Origin: Candidatus Firestoneibacteriota bacterium
GTDB lineage: Bacteria; Oederibacteriota; D2-FULL-39-29; JBBTED01
Direction: 5' to 3'
Assembly (NCBI GenBank): GCA_038042445.1
Contig: JBBTED010000067.1
Location: forward strand, 5,310 to 69,309
DNA: 64,000 nt
Both the position numbers and the translations under genes were made by a program. This document shows, piece by piece, positions 9,258-19,800 of this stretch (its first letter is position 1; each line of letters begins with the position of its first letter). The notes under the pieces were generated by a model. That model was not told where the DNA came from. It made no database searches and saw only the letters and a list, made by a program, of their open reading frames with translations.

Positions 9258-10358
9258 GTGTATATGAAACTCAAGACTAAGGATTTAAGACTAAAGACTC
9301 AAAAAGTAAAAATAAAAGGTTCTGTAGTAAGAAAAAAAACTACAAAAAGAGCAAATATGCAGAAAATGAGTAGAGAGCAAAAAATTTTGGTTCCTATTAA
9401 AAAGAGAATTACTAATGTAAGAATTAAAAAAATAAAAATTAAAAAACCCAATAAATCTAAAAATGAAATTAAAAGTTCTATATTAAACAAAGATATAAAC
9501 GTAGAGAACAAAAATTTTTCTTCCTTACAAGGGGAAATTAATAATACTGTAGTTGTTCATCAGCATAAGCCATTAGAATTACCTAATGAATATAATGAGA
9601 CAAGAATAATGATAATACCAAGAGATCCATATTGTATATTTGCATATTGGGAAATACCACAATGGAAAACAGATGAAGCAAAAAGGCAATTAGGAGAAGA
9701 GAGATATCAAAATTCAAAATATATATTACGAACATATGATGTTACAGATATAAATTTTACTGGAAGCAATGCACATAGGGTTTTTGATATTGTCCTTACA
9801 GGTTTAATAAATAACTGGTATATAGATGTTGGTATTGCTGATAGAAATTATTGTGTGGATATAGGAATACTTACTAAAGACGGATATTTTTATTTGCTTG
9901 CACGTTCAAATGTAGTGCGTACACCAAGAGCAGGAATTTCAGATGTAGTTGATGAAGAATGGGCTCTATCTTTTGAAGAATTAGAAAAAATCAGTGAGTT
10001 AGGTGATGAATTTAAGTCGAGTATTGGTTCTGAAATGTTGCTGAGAAAACTTGGCAAACAATTACAATTTGATATTTCATCTGGAGGTGTAAGTTCTATA
10101 TATAGTTTTTCAGGTGTACAGGCTCAAAAACAAGATTTTTTTCTGGAAGTAAATACTGAGCTTATTTTATATGGTAAAACTATACCTGATGCTCAGGTTA
10201 CAATACAAAGTAAAAAAATAAAACTTAATCCTGATGGTACTTTTAGTATGAGATTTATACTTCCTGATGGAGAACAATTTATTCCTGTTAAGGCAATTTC
10301 ATTTGATAGAAAAGATGTCCGTGAAATTGTGCCAGTTGTAAAAAAGAAGACAAAATAA
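9258..10358 (+). CDS. DUF4912-domain protein with a highly Lys-rich N-terminal extension
   Basis: IMIIPRDPYCIFAYWEI is a DUF4912-type core. It lies immediately upstream of the GH57 gene. The first 100 aa are K/R-rich. Confidence 0.55.
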   Translation: MYMKLKTKDLRLKTQKVKIKGSVVRKKTTKRANMQKMSREQKILVPIKKRITNVRIKKIKIKKPNKSKNEIKSSILNKDINVENKNFSSLQGEINNTVVVHQHKPLELPNEYNETRIMIIPRDPYCIFAYWEIPQWKTDEAKRQLGEERYQNSKYILRTYDVTDINFTGSNAHRVFDIVLTGLINNWYIDVGIADRNYCVDIGILTKDGYFYLLARSNVVRTPRAGISDVVDEEWALSFEELEKISELGDEFKSSIGSEMLLRKLGKQLQFDISSGGVSSIYSFSGVQAQKQDFFLEVNTELILYGKTIPDAQVTIQSKKIKLNPDGTFSMRFILPDGEQFIPVKAISFDRKDVREIVPVVKKKTK

Positions 10359-11941
10359 TGGAAAAAGGTTATCTTTCTTTGGTATTACACGCTCATTTGC
10401 CCTATGTTCGGCATCCTGAGTATGAGAGTTTTTTGGAAGAAGACTGGTTTTATGAAGCAATTATAGAGACATATATCCCATTTATCAATTTATTTGATAA
10501 ACTTGCTTTAGATGGTGTAGATTGGCGTCTTACAATGTCTATAACTCCACCTCTTGCTAATATGTTAATTGATCCATTATTGCAAGAGCGAACAGTTAAA
10601 CACATTGAAAGACTTATTGAGCTTGCTGAAAAGGAGGTAATAAGAACTCAGTGGCAAAGTGAATTTAATACTACTGCAAAAATGTATCTGGATAAATTCA
10701 AGAATGCGCGTTATGTATTTGTGGAAACATACGGAAAGAATTTAATAAATGCTTTTAAAAAGCATCAGGATTCGGGAAAACTTGAGATAATAACTTGTGC
10801 AGCAACTCATGGGTATTTGCCTTTAATGGAGGTAATACCGAATGCAGTAAGAGCTCAAATTAGTATTGCTGTTACTTCTTATACGAGATTATTTGGAAGA
10901 AAACCACGTGGTATATGGTTGCCTGAATGTGCATATTATCCTGGTCTTGATGCAATTTTAAAAGAATTTGGTATAAAATTTTTTATACTGGATACACATG
11001 GAATACTTTATGGATCACCGCGTCCTAAATATGGAATATTTGCTCCTGTTTATTGTCCTACAAAAGTTGCAGCTTTTGGACGTGATTTAGAATCTTCCAA
11101 GCAAGTTTGGAGTTCCAAAGAAGGTTATCCTGGTGATTACTATTATAGAGATTTCTACAGAGATATAGGTTTTGACATGGATTATGAATATATCAAGCCA
11201 TATATACATAAAGATGGAATAAGAGTATATACTGGGATTAAATATTATCGCATAACCGGGAATACAGATTATAAAGAGCCGTATAATCCTCATATAGCTT
11301 TTGAAAAAGCTGCGAGTCATGCAGGTAATTTTCTATTTAATCGTGAAAAACAAGTAGAATATTTAGCAGGTATAATGGATAGAAAACCAATGATACTTGC
11401 TCCTTATGATGCAGAGTTGTTTGGGCATTGGTGGTATGAAGGACCTGAATGGTTGAATTTTTTAATAAGAAAAATTTACTATGACCAGAAGACTATAAAA
11501 TTAATAACACCTTATGAATATTTACAGATGTATCCTAAAAATCAGATTTCTATGCCTTCTGCATCAAGTTGGGGATGGAAAGGGTATCATGAAGTCTGGC
11601 TTAATGGAGCTAATGATTGGGTGTATAGGCATTTGCATAAAACTGCCCAGCGTATGGTGGAATTGGCAAATAGCTATAGAAATACATCGGGTGTATTACA
11701 TAGGGCATTAAATCAAGCGGCAAGGGAATTATTATTAGCACAATCTTCGGACTGGGCATTTTTAATGAAAACCGGGACCGCATCTGAATATGCTACAAAG
11801 AGAACTATTGAACATATTGCACGATTTGTCCGATTGTATGAAAATATAAAAAATAATTCAATTGACGAAAGGTGGCTTTCTGATATTGAATATAAAGACA
11901 ATATTTTTCCTGAAATAAGTTATGAAGTATATAGGGGATAA
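10358..11941 (+). CDS. Glycoside hydrolase family 57 protein (1,4-alpha-glucan branching enzyme type)
   Basis: The N-terminus LSLVLHAHLPYVRHPE is the GH57 signature. Length 527 aa. Confidence 0.8.
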   Translation: MEKGYLSLVLHAHLPYVRHPEYESFLEEDWFYEAIIETYIPFINLFDKLALDGVDWRLTMSITPPLANMLIDPLLQERTVKHIERLIELAEKEVIRTQWQSEFNTTAKMYLDKFKNARYVFVETYGKNLINAFKKHQDSGKLEIITCAATHGYLPLMEVIPNAVRAQISIAVTSYTRLFGRKPRGIWLPECAYYPGLDAILKEFGIKFFILDTHGILYGSPRPKYGIFAPVYCPTKVAAFGRDLESSKQVWSSKEGYPGDYYYRDFYRDIGFDMDYEYIKPYIHKDGIRVYTGIKYYRITGNTDYKEPYNPHIAFEKAASHAGNFLFNREKQVEYLAGIMDRKPMILAPYDAELFGHWWYEGPEWLNFLIRKIYYDQKTIKLITPYEYLQMYPKNQISMPSASSWGWKGYHEVWLNGANDWVYRHLHKTAQRMVELANSYRNTSGVLHRALNQAARELLLAQSSDWAFLMKTGTASEYATKRTIEHIARFVRLYENIKNNSIDERWLSDIEYKDNIFPEISYEVYRG

Positions 11942-11947
11942 AACAAA

Positions 11948-11986
11948 GTGACGCGAAGCGTCATCCTGAGCGAAGCGAAGGATCAC
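11948..11986. repeat. Palindromic MITE/REP-like element GTGACGCGAAGCGTCATCCTGAGCGAAGCGAAGGATCAC
   Basis: Nested inverted repeats. It creates a spurious N-terminal ORF extension (MTRSVILSEAKDHK) for the next gene. Related copies are at 968-1012, 26463-26488 and 48795-48876. Confidence 0.7.
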
Positions 11987-12004
11987 AAAAATAAAGGTGG
12001 AAAA

Positions 12005-12940
12005 ATGTATATAGTGTCCATTGTTATATGTTTGTTAGTAACGAATATTAATTTAGTAAATGCATCTCCTGTAATTACTGATACAGGTGGAATAGTTGCT
12101 GGTAATGGTATTGAAATAAGTGCACATAGTTTTTATACAGAGTATAAAAAGAAACATAGTTTGGATGGTAGTTCAGACAATCTTTCTGCAAATGAGTCAC
12201 GGATAGCAACCGATGTTCCTGTATCTTTAAAATTCCTGTTATATGAAAATACAGAAATGGATTTTAAATGGACTTACTTAATGTTAAAACATACAAAAAG
12301 TGATGGAACGCAATTAACTGCAAATGCATTTGGTGATTTAACTGTATGGGCAAAGTCGCAGTTTGTTTCAAATCCTTCGCCACTTGCAAATATGTCTTTA
12401 GGTGTTGGAGTAAAAGTTCCTACAGGAAAAAGTATATTTAATGTAGGCCCGAATGAGCTTTCTGTGGGTTCCGGGACATGGGATCTTCTGTTTGGATGGT
12501 TTTCTACAGAAGCACATGGTCCAATTATGCTTCATGGTAATATAAAATATGCAATTCGTTTTAATCTAAATGCAAATAAAATAAACAATGTTTCATTAGA
12601 CGAAATAAAAGTTGTTCCCGGAAATATTCTTTTCTACGATTTTGCTGCAGAATTACCATTTTCAAGTAAAATTGTGTTACTTGCAGAAGTAAATGGAAGA
12701 ATTATTTATTCTGGGTCTGCAAGTTATACTGGCCATGATGGAGATGCTACCTCTAATGTGGATACAATGGCACAACCGCAGTATTATCTTCAACGCAGCC
12801 ATACTGTATTCTTGACTACTGGTGTTGAATATACATTTTCAGGATTTATAAACATAAACGTTGGCACACAAGTACCAATTTATGTATCTTCTGAGTATTC
12901 GGGTGTTACTTATTTCGCTGGTATAAAACTTAGAATATGA
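12005..12940 (+). CDS. Secreted outer-membrane beta-barrel protein, MetA-pathway/Phenol_MetA_deg-like. The start is at the internal ATG after the repeat.
   Basis: Signal peptide MYIVSIVICLLVTNINLVNA, FGDLTVWAK...GVGVKVPTGK motif, beta-rich with a C-terminal aromatic pattern. Confidence 0.5.
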   Translation: MYIVSIVICLLVTNINLVNASPVITDTGGIVAGNGIEISAHSFYTEYKKKHSLDGSSDNLSANESRIATDVPVSLKFLLYENTEMDFKWTYLMLKHTKSDGTQLTANAFGDLTVWAKSQFVSNPSPLANMSLGVGVKVPTGKSIFNVGPNELSVGSGTWDLLFGWFSTEAHGPIMLHGNIKYAIRFNLNANKINNVSLDEIKVVPGNILFYDFAAELPFSSKIVLLAEVNGRIIYSGSASYTGHDGDATSNVDTMAQPQYYLQRSHTVFLTTGVEYTFSGFININVGTQVPIYVSSEYSGVTYFAGIKLRI

Positions 12941-12983
12941 AGCTTGTTAGGTTTCGTGAGTGAAAAAAACTGTTAAAAAGCTT

Positions 12984-13012
12984 GACAAAAATATAATATT
13001 TAATATAATCTT
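12984..13012 (+). promoter_or_regulatory. Consensus sigma70-type promoter TTGACA-17-TATAAT upstream of rho, giving a leader of about 150 nt
   Basis: cTTGACAaaaatataatatttaaTATAATc was read directly. Confidence 0.5.
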
Positions 13013-13162
13013 AAATTATAAAAGCCTGTCAGTATTTGAAGTCAATCTGAGGATATTTTTCAGTTATCCAATTTAAATGATATGTAAGGGTAGCAAAATT
13101 ATCTTTTTTAATTAGGGGAGATTTCTAATTATTAATTAATTTTATGTGAGGTGATTTATAGA

Positions 13163-14428
13163 ATGGCAAATTTAAATGTAGAAGAGTTAAAAAAGAAGAA
13201 AATGACAGAGTTAGCACAGATGGCAAAGAGCTTGAATTTAGATGATATAAACGGATTGAAGAAACAAGAACTTATATTTAAAATACTCCAAACCCAAAGC
13301 CAGGCAGATCGTGATGGATTGGTTTTTGTTGAAGGAGTATTAGAAGTTTTGCCAGATGGGTTTGGATTTTTAAGGTCTCCAAACTATAATTATCTTCCAG
13401 GCCCTGATGATATTTATATATCTCCTTCTCAGATAAAAAAGTTTTTTTTGAGAACAGGTGATTTTATTCAGGGTCAGGCAAGGCCTCCTAAAGAGCAAGA
13501 AAGATATTTTGCACTTTTAAGGATAGAAGCTGTTAATCGTGAAAATCCTGAGTTGACACGTGGTAAAATACTGTTCGATAATTTAATACCACTTTATCCA
13601 TCTAAAAAGATTAACCTTGAACGTGATTACAAGGATATTTCTACACGAATTATTGATTTGTTTGTGCCTATAGGAAAAGGTCAACGTGGATTAATAGTTT
13701 CACCGCCGCGAGCAGGTAAAACAATATTGCTTCAGAAAATTGCAAATAGCATTACTGTAAATCATCCGGAAATAGTTCCGATTATACTGCTTATTGATGA
13801 AAGGCCAGAGGAAGTTACAGATATGGAACGTTCTGTAAAAGCAGAAGTTATAAGTTCTACTTTTGATGAGCCACCAGATAGGCATGTACAGGTTGCAGAA
13901 GTTGTTTTGGAAAAGGCAAAAAGATTGGTTGAATCTAAAAAAGATGTTGTAATTTTATTGGATAGTTTAACCAGATTAGCTAGAGCACATAATTCTATAA
14001 TTCCTCCAAGTGGAAAAGTTCTTTCAGGCGGAGTTGATTCTAATGCTTTACAAAGACCAAAGAGATTTTTTGGTGCAGCTAGAGATACAGAAGAAGGAGG
14101 GAGTTTAACCATAATTGCTACTGCTTTAATTGATACAGGTAGTAGAATGGATGATGTAATATTTGAAGAATTTAAAGGGACAGGAAATTTAGAAATGGTG
14201 TTGGACAGGGATATGGTTCACAGAAGAATTTTTCCTGCTATAGATATTAACAAGTCAGGTACACGCAAAGAAGAACTTTTACTTAGCGAGGAAGAATTGC
14301 AAAAAATATGGATATTGCGTAAACTATGGAATACAATGAGTCAGATAGAAGCTATGGAACTTCTTATTGATAGAATGAAAAAAACCAAAACCAATAAGGA
14401 ATTTCTTGCTTCAATGAATCAATTGTAA
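13163..14428 (+). CDS. rho: Transcription termination factor Rho
   Basis: [26 protein letters not shown], a P-loop GKT and the RNA-binding domain. An RBS GAGGTGA precedes the ATG at 13163. Confidence 0.9.
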   Translation: MANLNVEELKKKKMTELAQMAKSLNLDDINGLKKQELIFKILQTQSQADRDGLVFVEGVLEVLPDGFGFLRSPNYNYLPGPDDIYISPSQIKKFFLRTGDFIQGQARPPKEQERYFALLRIEAVNRENPELTRGKILFDNLIPLYPSKKINLERDYKDISTRIIDLFVPIGKGQRGLIVSPPRAGKTILLQKIANSITVNHPEIVPIILLIDERPEEVTDMERSVKAEVISSTFDEPPDRHVQVAEVVLEKAKRLVESKKDVVILLDSLTRLARAHNSIIPPSGKVLSGGVDSNALQRPKRFFGAARDTEEGGSLTIIATALIDTGSRMDDVIFEEFKGTGNLEMVLDRDMVHRRIFPAIDINKSGTRKEELLLSEEELQKIWILRKLWNTMSQIEAMELLIDRMKKTKTNKEFLASMNQL

Positions 14429-14445
14429 AAGTGAGGTGAAAAAAA

Positions 14446-14649
14446 ATGAGACCTAAAATACATCCTAAATATCAGGAAACAACTATTACCTGTGTGTGTG
14501 GTGAAGTTATAAATGTACGATCCACTAAGCAAAATTTACGTGTTGAAATATGCTCAAAATGTCATCCGTTTTTTACAGGTAAGCAAAGATTTGTTGATAC
14601 AGCAGGAAGAGTAGAGAAATTTAAACGAAGATATGAACAAAAGTCTTGA
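14446..14649 (+). CDS. rpmE: 50S ribosomal protein L31
   Basis: [11 protein letters not shown]...CxC...[10 protein letters not shown]. The TGA stop overlaps the prfA start. Confidence 0.9.
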   Translation: MRPKIHPKYQETTITCVCGEVINVRSTKQNLRVEICSKCHPFFTGKQRFVDTAGRVEKFKRRYEQKS

Positions 14650-15703
14650 AGATAGACTCGTACAAATAGAGTCAGAGTGTAAAGATTTGGAAAAGAGACT
14701 TTCTGATTCCGCATTATTTTCTGCAAAAGAGGAATTTCAAAAATGCACAAAGCAATATTCCATTCTTATTCCAATACAGAGAAAGTTCAATGCTTATAAA
14801 AAGGTAAAAAATGACATTGAAGTTGTAACGCCATTGCTTTTGGATAGCGATCAGTCTATTCAGGAACTCGCAAAAGCTGAACTGGAAATATTTGAGAACA
14901 GGAAGCGTGAGTTTGAGGAAGAATTGTATAAGGCAGTGTTTCCTGAAGAAAAAAACTCGGACAAAAACATAATTATAGAAATTAGGGCTGGTACTGGTGG
15001 CACAGAAGCTTCGATTTTTGCTGCAGATTTATTTAGAATGTATACAAAATATGCAGAGTCAAAAAATTTAAAAATAGAAGTTATGGATTCTCATCCTTCT
15101 ACTCTTGGTGGGTATAAGGATATTATTTTTTCTATAATAGGTAAGACTGCAGCTGGGTTGTTTAAATATGAGTCAGGAGTGCATAGAGTACAAAGAGTTC
15201 CTGTAACTGAAGCAAGCGGCAGAATACATACTTCAACTGCTACAGTTGTAGTATTGCCTGAACCAGAAGAAGTAGAATTGGTTATAAATGCAGAAGATTT
15301 GAGAGTTGATACTTTTTGTTCTTCAGGACCTGGTGGACAAAGTGTAAATACTACTTATTCAGCAATTAGAATTACACATATTCCAACTGGCGTGGTTGTT
15401 CAGTGTCAGGAAGAAAGATCGCAGATAAAAAACAGGGCAAAAGCAATGCGTGTTTTGCGTGCTAGATTAGTAAAGAAAAATCAGGAAGACCAACAAAAAG
15501 AAATGTCGGCAGAGCGTAAAATTCAGATTGGTACAGGTGATAGGAGCGAAAAAGTCAGAACATATAATTTTCCTCAAAACAGAATTACTGATCATCGTGC
15601 AGGTTTGTCTTTATATAATCTTGAAGTGATAGTTAATGGTGAGCTTGACGAATTAATACAGGGATTAATAGCTGCAGAAAATAAGGAATCAGTTTCAAAT
15701 TAA
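14633..15703 (+). CDS. prfA: Peptide chain release factor 1
   Basis: GGQ motif [11 protein letters not shown] and RF1-type PVT. The gene order rpmE-prfA-prmC supports the call. Confidence 0.9.
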   Translation: MNKSLEDRLVQIESECKDLEKRLSDSALFSAKEEFQKCTKQYSILIPIQRKFNAYKKVKNDIEVVTPLLLDSDQSIQELAKAELEIFENRKREFEEELYKAVFPEEKNSDKNIIIEIRAGTGGTEASIFAADLFRMYTKYAESKNLKIEVMDSHPSTLGGYKDIIFSIIGKTAAGLFKYESGVHRVQRVPVTEASGRIHTSTATVVVLPEPEEVELVINAEDLRVDTFCSSGPGGQSVNTTYSAIRITHIPTGVVVQCQEERSQIKNRAKAMRVLRARLVKKNQEDQQKEMSAERKIQIGTGDRSEKVRTYNFPQNRITDHRAGLSLYNLEVIVNGELDELIQGLIAAENKESVSN

Positions 15704-15706
15704 AAT

Positions 15707-15752
15707 GTCATTCCCGCATGTATTAATAGGTCAGGCATCTTGCCTGACAAAC
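15707..15752. repeat. Repeat family GTCATTCCCGCATG...AATAGGTCAGGCATCTTGCCTGACAA (hairpin)
   Basis: The same AATAGGTCAGGCATCTTGCCTGAC core occurs at 39370-39395 and twice at 42484-42545. Confidence 0.65.
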
Positions 15753-15765
15753 AACTATAAAATCA

Positions 15766-16617
15766 ATGACAATAAAAGATGCTATTACTTTTGGAACAAA
15801 GGTTTTAGAATCTATTAATATAGAAAATGCCAGATTTGAATCAGAAATAATTTTAGCTCATATTCTAAATATAAAACGGTATAACTTATATTTAAATTTT
15901 GCACAAGAACTTTCAAAACTCCAATCAAAAAATTATTCTTCTTATATAAATAAACGTAAAAAGCATATTCCACTTCAATATTTACTTAAATCTCAGGAAT
16001 TTATGGATGTGAAATTGTATATTGATAAAGGAGTTCTTATACCACGGCCAGAAACAGAGATTTTAGTAGAAAAATTTATAGAACTTGTTAAGAATAAATC
16101 AAAAAAAATAAAAATTTTAGATATAGGAACAGGTAGTGGAAATATTGCAATTATGTTAGCGTTGAACTTAAACTGTGTTGTGTATGCAGCAGATATTTCT
16201 GTTGATGCTTTGAAAATAGCTAAATATAATGCAAAACAATATAAAGTTAGCGATAAAATTAAGTTTATACAAGCAGATATTTTGAATTTATTACCAACAT
16301 TTTGTGATTTTGACGCTGTTATTTCAAATCCTCCATACATAAAATCAGATGATATTGATAAATTGTCTGATGAGGTTTCAAAATACGAACCAAGAATTGC
16401 TTTAGATGGTGGTAAAGATGGATTATTATTTTATAAAAGTATTTTAAGTAAAATAAAAAAAATACTTAAGCCAAATGGTATTATTGCATTTGAAATAGGA
16501 ATGGGACAAAAAAAACATCTTTTGCAAATATTAAATCAATTAGGCAATTTTACGGATATAAAGTTTATAAAAGATTATCAGAGCATAGACCGTGTAGTAT
16601 TTGCAAGGATGATTTGA
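15766..16617 (+). CDS. prmC: Release factor glutamine N5-methyltransferase PrmC (HemK)
   Basis: NPPY motif (ISNPPYIKSDDI) and a SAM-binding DIGTGSG motif. Confidence 0.85.
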   Translation: MTIKDAITFGTKVLESINIENARFESEIILAHILNIKRYNLYLNFAQELSKLQSKNYSSYINKRKKHIPLQYLLKSQEFMDVKLYIDKGVLIPRPETEILVEKFIELVKNKSKKIKILDIGTGSGNIAIMLALNLNCVVYAADISVDALKIAKYNAKQYKVSDKIKFIQADILNLLPTFCDFDAVISNPPYIKSDDIDKLSDEVSKYEPRIALDGGKDGLLFYKSILSKIKKILKPNGIIAFEIGMGQKKHLLQILNQLGNFTDIKFIKDYQSIDRVVFARMI

Positions 16618-16673
16618 ATTGTATCTTGACAAAATCTTTTGGTTTTTATATCATTATAATAGGGGTGATATAT

Positions 16674-16871
16674 ATGTCGTCAAGTACACTTTCATTATTA
16701 GATGTTGAACGAGCAATCAAAAAATTTGAACCGGAAAAGCAAAGAAAATTACTTGTAAAACTTCCTTCACTTTTAAAAATAAAAGTAGAAAATTTAGAGC
16801 TTTTAAAACTTGCAGAAGAATCTTTTGAATTTTGGAAAAATCCCGAAGATAAAATCTATGACACTCTTTAA
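16674..16871 (+). CDS. Putative antitoxin of a MazEF/PemIK-like type II toxin-antitoxin pair
   Basis: A small 65-aa ORF (MSSSTLSLLDVERAIKKF...) with an RBS. It overlaps the toxin start by 14 nt. Confidence 0.5.
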   Translation: MSSSTLSLLDVERAIKKFEPEKQRKLLVKLPSLLKIKVENLELLKLAEESFEFWKNPEDKIYDTL

Positions 16872-17205
16872 TAGCGGGGATGTTGTATTAATAGGTTTTC
16901 CATTTACTGATTTGTCAGGTTCAAAGCAAAGGCCTGGTGTAATAATTTCATCAAAATTATATAATGAAAAAGGAATAGATGTTATTATTGCTGCTATTAC
17001 TTCACAGATTCAGGACAAAATAGAAAATGATGAATATTGTCTTACAGAAAAAGAGCAAAAGATTGCAGGATTACCAAAAAAGTCTATTATAAAAGTTGGC
17101 AAGATAATAACTATTGATCAACGATTAATTAGAAAGAAGCTGGGATATTTAACATCAGAAACATTAGCAAATATTAGAAATATCCTACTAAAAATTCATA
17201 TATAA
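16858..17205 (+). CDS. MazF/PemK family endoribonuclease toxin
   Basis: GDVVLIGFPFTDLSGSKQRPGVIIS...VIIAAITSQ...KLGYL is a typical PemK fold signature. Confidence 0.7.
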   Translation: MTLFNSGDVVLIGFPFTDLSGSKQRPGVIISSKLYNEKGIDVIIAAITSQIQDKIENDEYCLTEKEQKIAGLPKKSIIKVGKIITIDQRLIRKKLGYLTSETLANIRNILLKIHI

Positions 17206-17245
17206 AATAACGTAATAGACTTAGCTGTAACAATCATTTCTGTCA

Positions 17246-17596
17246 TCAATATTTGGATTTTTTCTTGAATACTTGTGAAAGAATATTAAAAGCCACTTTT
17301 TTATCTTCTACACTTTTTGCTCTGATGATATTGCTGATTTTATTTATATATGGGTCTACTTTGTAAATTACTACTGGCTTGTGAAATGCAAATAAATTAC
17401 TTAAAGAAATAGTCAGTGCTTCACAAATTCTTACCAGTGTTTCTATAGATGGAACATTTTTGCCTCTTTCAATCTGGGACAAATAACTCCAGTCTCTTTG
17501 TGTTTTCTCTGCAAGCTGTTCTAATGTCATACCCCTTTTATTTCTTTCGTTTCTGATGATTTTACCAATATATTTATAGATTTCAGTTGTTTCCAT
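17246..17596 (-). CDS. XRE-family HTH transcriptional regulator
   Basis: The HTH_3 core is GMTLEQLAEKTQRDWSYLSQIERGKNVPSIETLVRICEAL. Confidence 0.75.
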   Translation of the reverse strand: METTEIYKYIGKIIRNERNKRGMTLEQLAEKTQRDWSYLSQIERGKNVPSIETLVRICEALTISLSNLFAFHKPVVIYKVDPYINKISNIIRAKSVEDKKVAFNILSQVFKKKSKY

Positions 17597-17776
17597 TGTT
17601 TCTCCTTTGGATTTTCAATATACCGTTAATACGACCAAAAGTGTATAATCTATAAGCACACCATTAGCAAAATACACATTGACTATATACCCAAAATATG
17701 GCATACTATAATATAGAAAGATAAAGTTCAATTGTAACGAAATAGGTTATTGGTTCTATGTAAGGTTTTATGTAGG

Positions 17777-17865
17777 GCAAGGCTTTAGCCTTGCGGATGC
17801 AGGCGGATGCAAACTTTGCTTAAACACGTGTCATTCCCGCGTGTAATAAGCGGGAATCCAGTGTC
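17777..17865. repeat. Two repeat hairpins: GCAAGGCTTTAGCCTTGC, and a GTCATTCCCGCgtgtaataaGCGGGAATCCAGTGTC half-element
   Basis: Inverted repeats are visible. The second unit matches the MITE halves at 18801-18893 and 57331-57422. Confidence 0.65.
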
Positions 17866-17935
17866 TATTGTTGTATTACAAGTGAAACTGGGTTTAATGG
17901 TGGCTACTAAAAATGAAAGAAAATATGCAGAAATT

Positions 17936-18268
17936 TTATGTGAAAATTATTTTTGCAATTTTTATTAGTATGTCAATTTGTTTTGATGTTCTATTTTTGA
18001 TAACATTGAAAAGCTCTCTGTGTTTTCTATCTTTACTTTTCCATTTGCTTTCTTCAACGAACAAGTCAACAAGTGAAACATTTAAAGCATCTGCAATTTT
18101 CTGTAAAGTCTCCAAGGAGGGACCTTTTGCACCTCTTTCAATGAGGCCAATATAACTGTTATGCAAATTACTTTTTTCAGAAAGCTTTTCTTGTGTCAAA
18201 TTTTGTTCAGTTCTCAAGCATTTTATTCTATTCCCAAGCAATTTATAAAGCTCATTAAATTCGTTCAT
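17936..18268 (-). CDS. XRE-family HTH transcriptional regulator, paralogous to 17246-17596
   Basis: NLTQEKLSEKSNLHNSYIGLIERGAKGPSLETLQKIADAL. It is divergent from the + strand gene string starting at 18429. Confidence 0.75.
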   Translation of the reverse strand: MNEFNELYKLLGNRIKCLRTEQNLTQEKLSEKSNLHNSYIGLIERGAKGPSLETLQKIADALNVSLVDLFVEESKWKSKDRKHRELFNVIKNRTSKQIDILIKIAKIIFT

Positions 18269-18380
18269 TTAGAGAATAAGTCTACATCAAAACCCACTAA
18301 AAGTGAAGTAACCCACAGTATTATTTTTATTGACTGTAGGTATTGTTTTATGTAATTATATTTATGGTAACACTGGTAGC

Positions 18381-18398
18381 CGCAGGCTTTAGCCTGCG
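18381..18398. repeat. Hairpin repeat CGCAGGCTTTAGCCTGCG (family also at 23534, 43600, 53199 and 53230)
   Basis: A perfect 7-bp stem with a TTTA loop. It is preceded by GGTAGC in several copies. Confidence 0.65.
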
Positions 18399-18428
18399 TA
18401 TCTAGTAGAAACAAGGATGTGAAAATTT

Positions 18429-18776
18429 ATGAACTTGAGGCAAGGTGAAATTAAACAAATTGAAAGTGATATTAATCTCCAAAAAAGTAACGGTTGGAGT
18501 TCATTAGCGAGTTTTATGTATGCAGCAAGTAAATATCTGAATCGTATTGGTATGCAGATTAATAAGGATAATTTATATGACTTAAATATTGCTTGCCATA
18601 GACAGTTAGGAATAACACAATATGCTAAAAATTCTATAATGCCATCAGATTATGCTTTTCCTAAATATGGTTTAGGAAAAGGTAAAACAGGCAAGAACAC
18701 AAAAAAATACCCAAAATTTTTGGAGAAAATTGATGGCAAAAAAGGTAAGAATTTTGAACTTGACTATTCCCTATAG
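18429..18776 (+). CDS. Hypothetical protein (115 aa)
   Basis: ORF only; no family recognised. Confidence 0.35.
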   Translation: MNLRQGEIKQIESDINLQKSNGWSSLASFMYAASKYLNRIGMQINKDNLYDLNIACHRQLGITQYAKNSIMPSDYAFPKYGLGKGKTGKNTKKYPKFLEKIDGKKGKNFELDYSL

Positions 18777-18800
18777 CTTGCTACAGGGTTACAATATTTT

Positions 18801-18893
18801 GTCATGCCCGAATGTAGTAATCGGGCATCCAGAGTCTTGTTTTATCAATGTTTTAAAGACACTGGATTCCCGATAGAAACATTCGGGAATGAC
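18801..18893. repeat. MITE-like element of about 93 bp with terminal inverted repeats GTCATGCCCGAATG...CATTCGGGAATGAC
   Basis: Two hairpin subunits sit in inverted orientation around an AT-rich core. A near-identical architecture is at 57331-57422. It is flanked by CCCYRTAGCTTGCTACRGGG hairpins at about 18766 and 18926. Confidence 0.7.
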
Positions 18894-19053
18894 GGTATTA
18901 CTTAAGTATTTTTTAGTTTTTGGATACCCCGTAGCTTGCTACGGGGAGGTTCATTTTATATGATAATAAAACAAAATGTTATTTTAAAATTCGGGGTAAG
19001 TTCAGTGTCCCACGAATTATAAATGTAAAGATGCAACATTTGAAGCAAGTGAT

Positions 19054-19692
19054 ATGGCAGAACAATTAAAAAGTGAAATAGGAAAAGGTTTTGAAGATGT
19101 ATTTATGAAAAAAAGTCTAAAAATTTTTGGGTTTATTCTTGGTGGCATTGTAGGTATTATATTTACCAAACTTTTTTTATTGAAGTCCTATGAAGATGAA
19201 AAAAAGAATGAGAAATTGACAGAGAAAGAAGAAGAAAAAAAGTTACATCAATTAGATGATTACTATGATGATTATATTCGAAGAAGAGATGAATTTAATA
19301 AAATTAGATCAGATACTATGGATTCGGTTGATAAAATAATATTGACTTTATCAACTGGTACATTAGTTCTATCAATTACATTTTTAGATAAAATTGGAAA
19401 ACCTATCAATTATTCTTTTATTTTAGTATGTTCATGGTGTTTTTTAATGGTTTCTCTCTTACTAAATATTCTTAGTTTTATATTTGCAAGAATAAATATA
19501 GAAAACAAAATTCAGGATTTGGATGATAAATACGAAGAACGTAAAGAAGATAAGAAATATTTTGTTGAAAAAAACTTTATTTGGGAAAAGTGGACTGATT
19601 TTTGTAATTATTTTGCTTTATTTTCATTTCTTATAGGTATTATTAGTTTTTTTATTTATGCATTAATAATTATATTTGATAATTGTAAATAG
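19054..19692 (+). CDS. Hypothetical membrane protein (212 aa)
   Basis: An N-terminal TM helix, a charged coiled region and about three C-terminal TM helices. Confidence 0.4.
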   Translation: MAEQLKSEIGKGFEDVFMKKSLKIFGFILGGIVGIIFTKLFLLKSYEDEKKNEKLTEKEEEKKLHQLDDYYDDYIRRRDEFNKIRSDTMDSVDKIILTLSTGTLVLSITFLDKIGKPINYSFILVCSWCFLMVSLLLNILSFIFARINIENKIQDLDDKYEERKEDKKYFVEKNFIWEKWTDFCNYFALFSFLIGIISFFIYALIIIFDNCK

Positions 19693-19706
19693 AATGGAGG
19701 TGCATT

Positions 19707-19763
19707 ATGGCCAGTAAAAAAACAGGTGGGAAAACACCATCTAAACCACCTAAAAAGAAATAA
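19707..19763 (+). CDS. Small 18-aa Lys-rich peptide MASKKTGGKTPSKPPKKK with a strong RBS
   Basis: GGAGGTG lies 5 nt upstream of the ATG. It sits immediately after the preceding stop. The ORF is below the 60-aa track cutoff. Confidence 0.3.
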   Translation: MASKKTGGKTPSKPPKKK

Positions 19764-19800
19764 AATTTTTATATGTTTATGAATTAGGAGATATAAAATT

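Noticed and set aside
9299-9511. A - strand 70-aa ORF and other AT-rich ORFs (34172-34640 -, 6299-6481 +, 6544-6914 +)
   Set aside because: These are low-complexity Phe/Ile/Leu-rich translations of AT-rich sequence, or antisense to real genes, with no start context.
17597-17760. Possible tRNA or small RNA in the 340-bp gap after the first XRE gene
   Set aside because: No cloverleaf could be folded by eye. The region is mostly promoter-like AT-rich sequence plus family A and C repeats.
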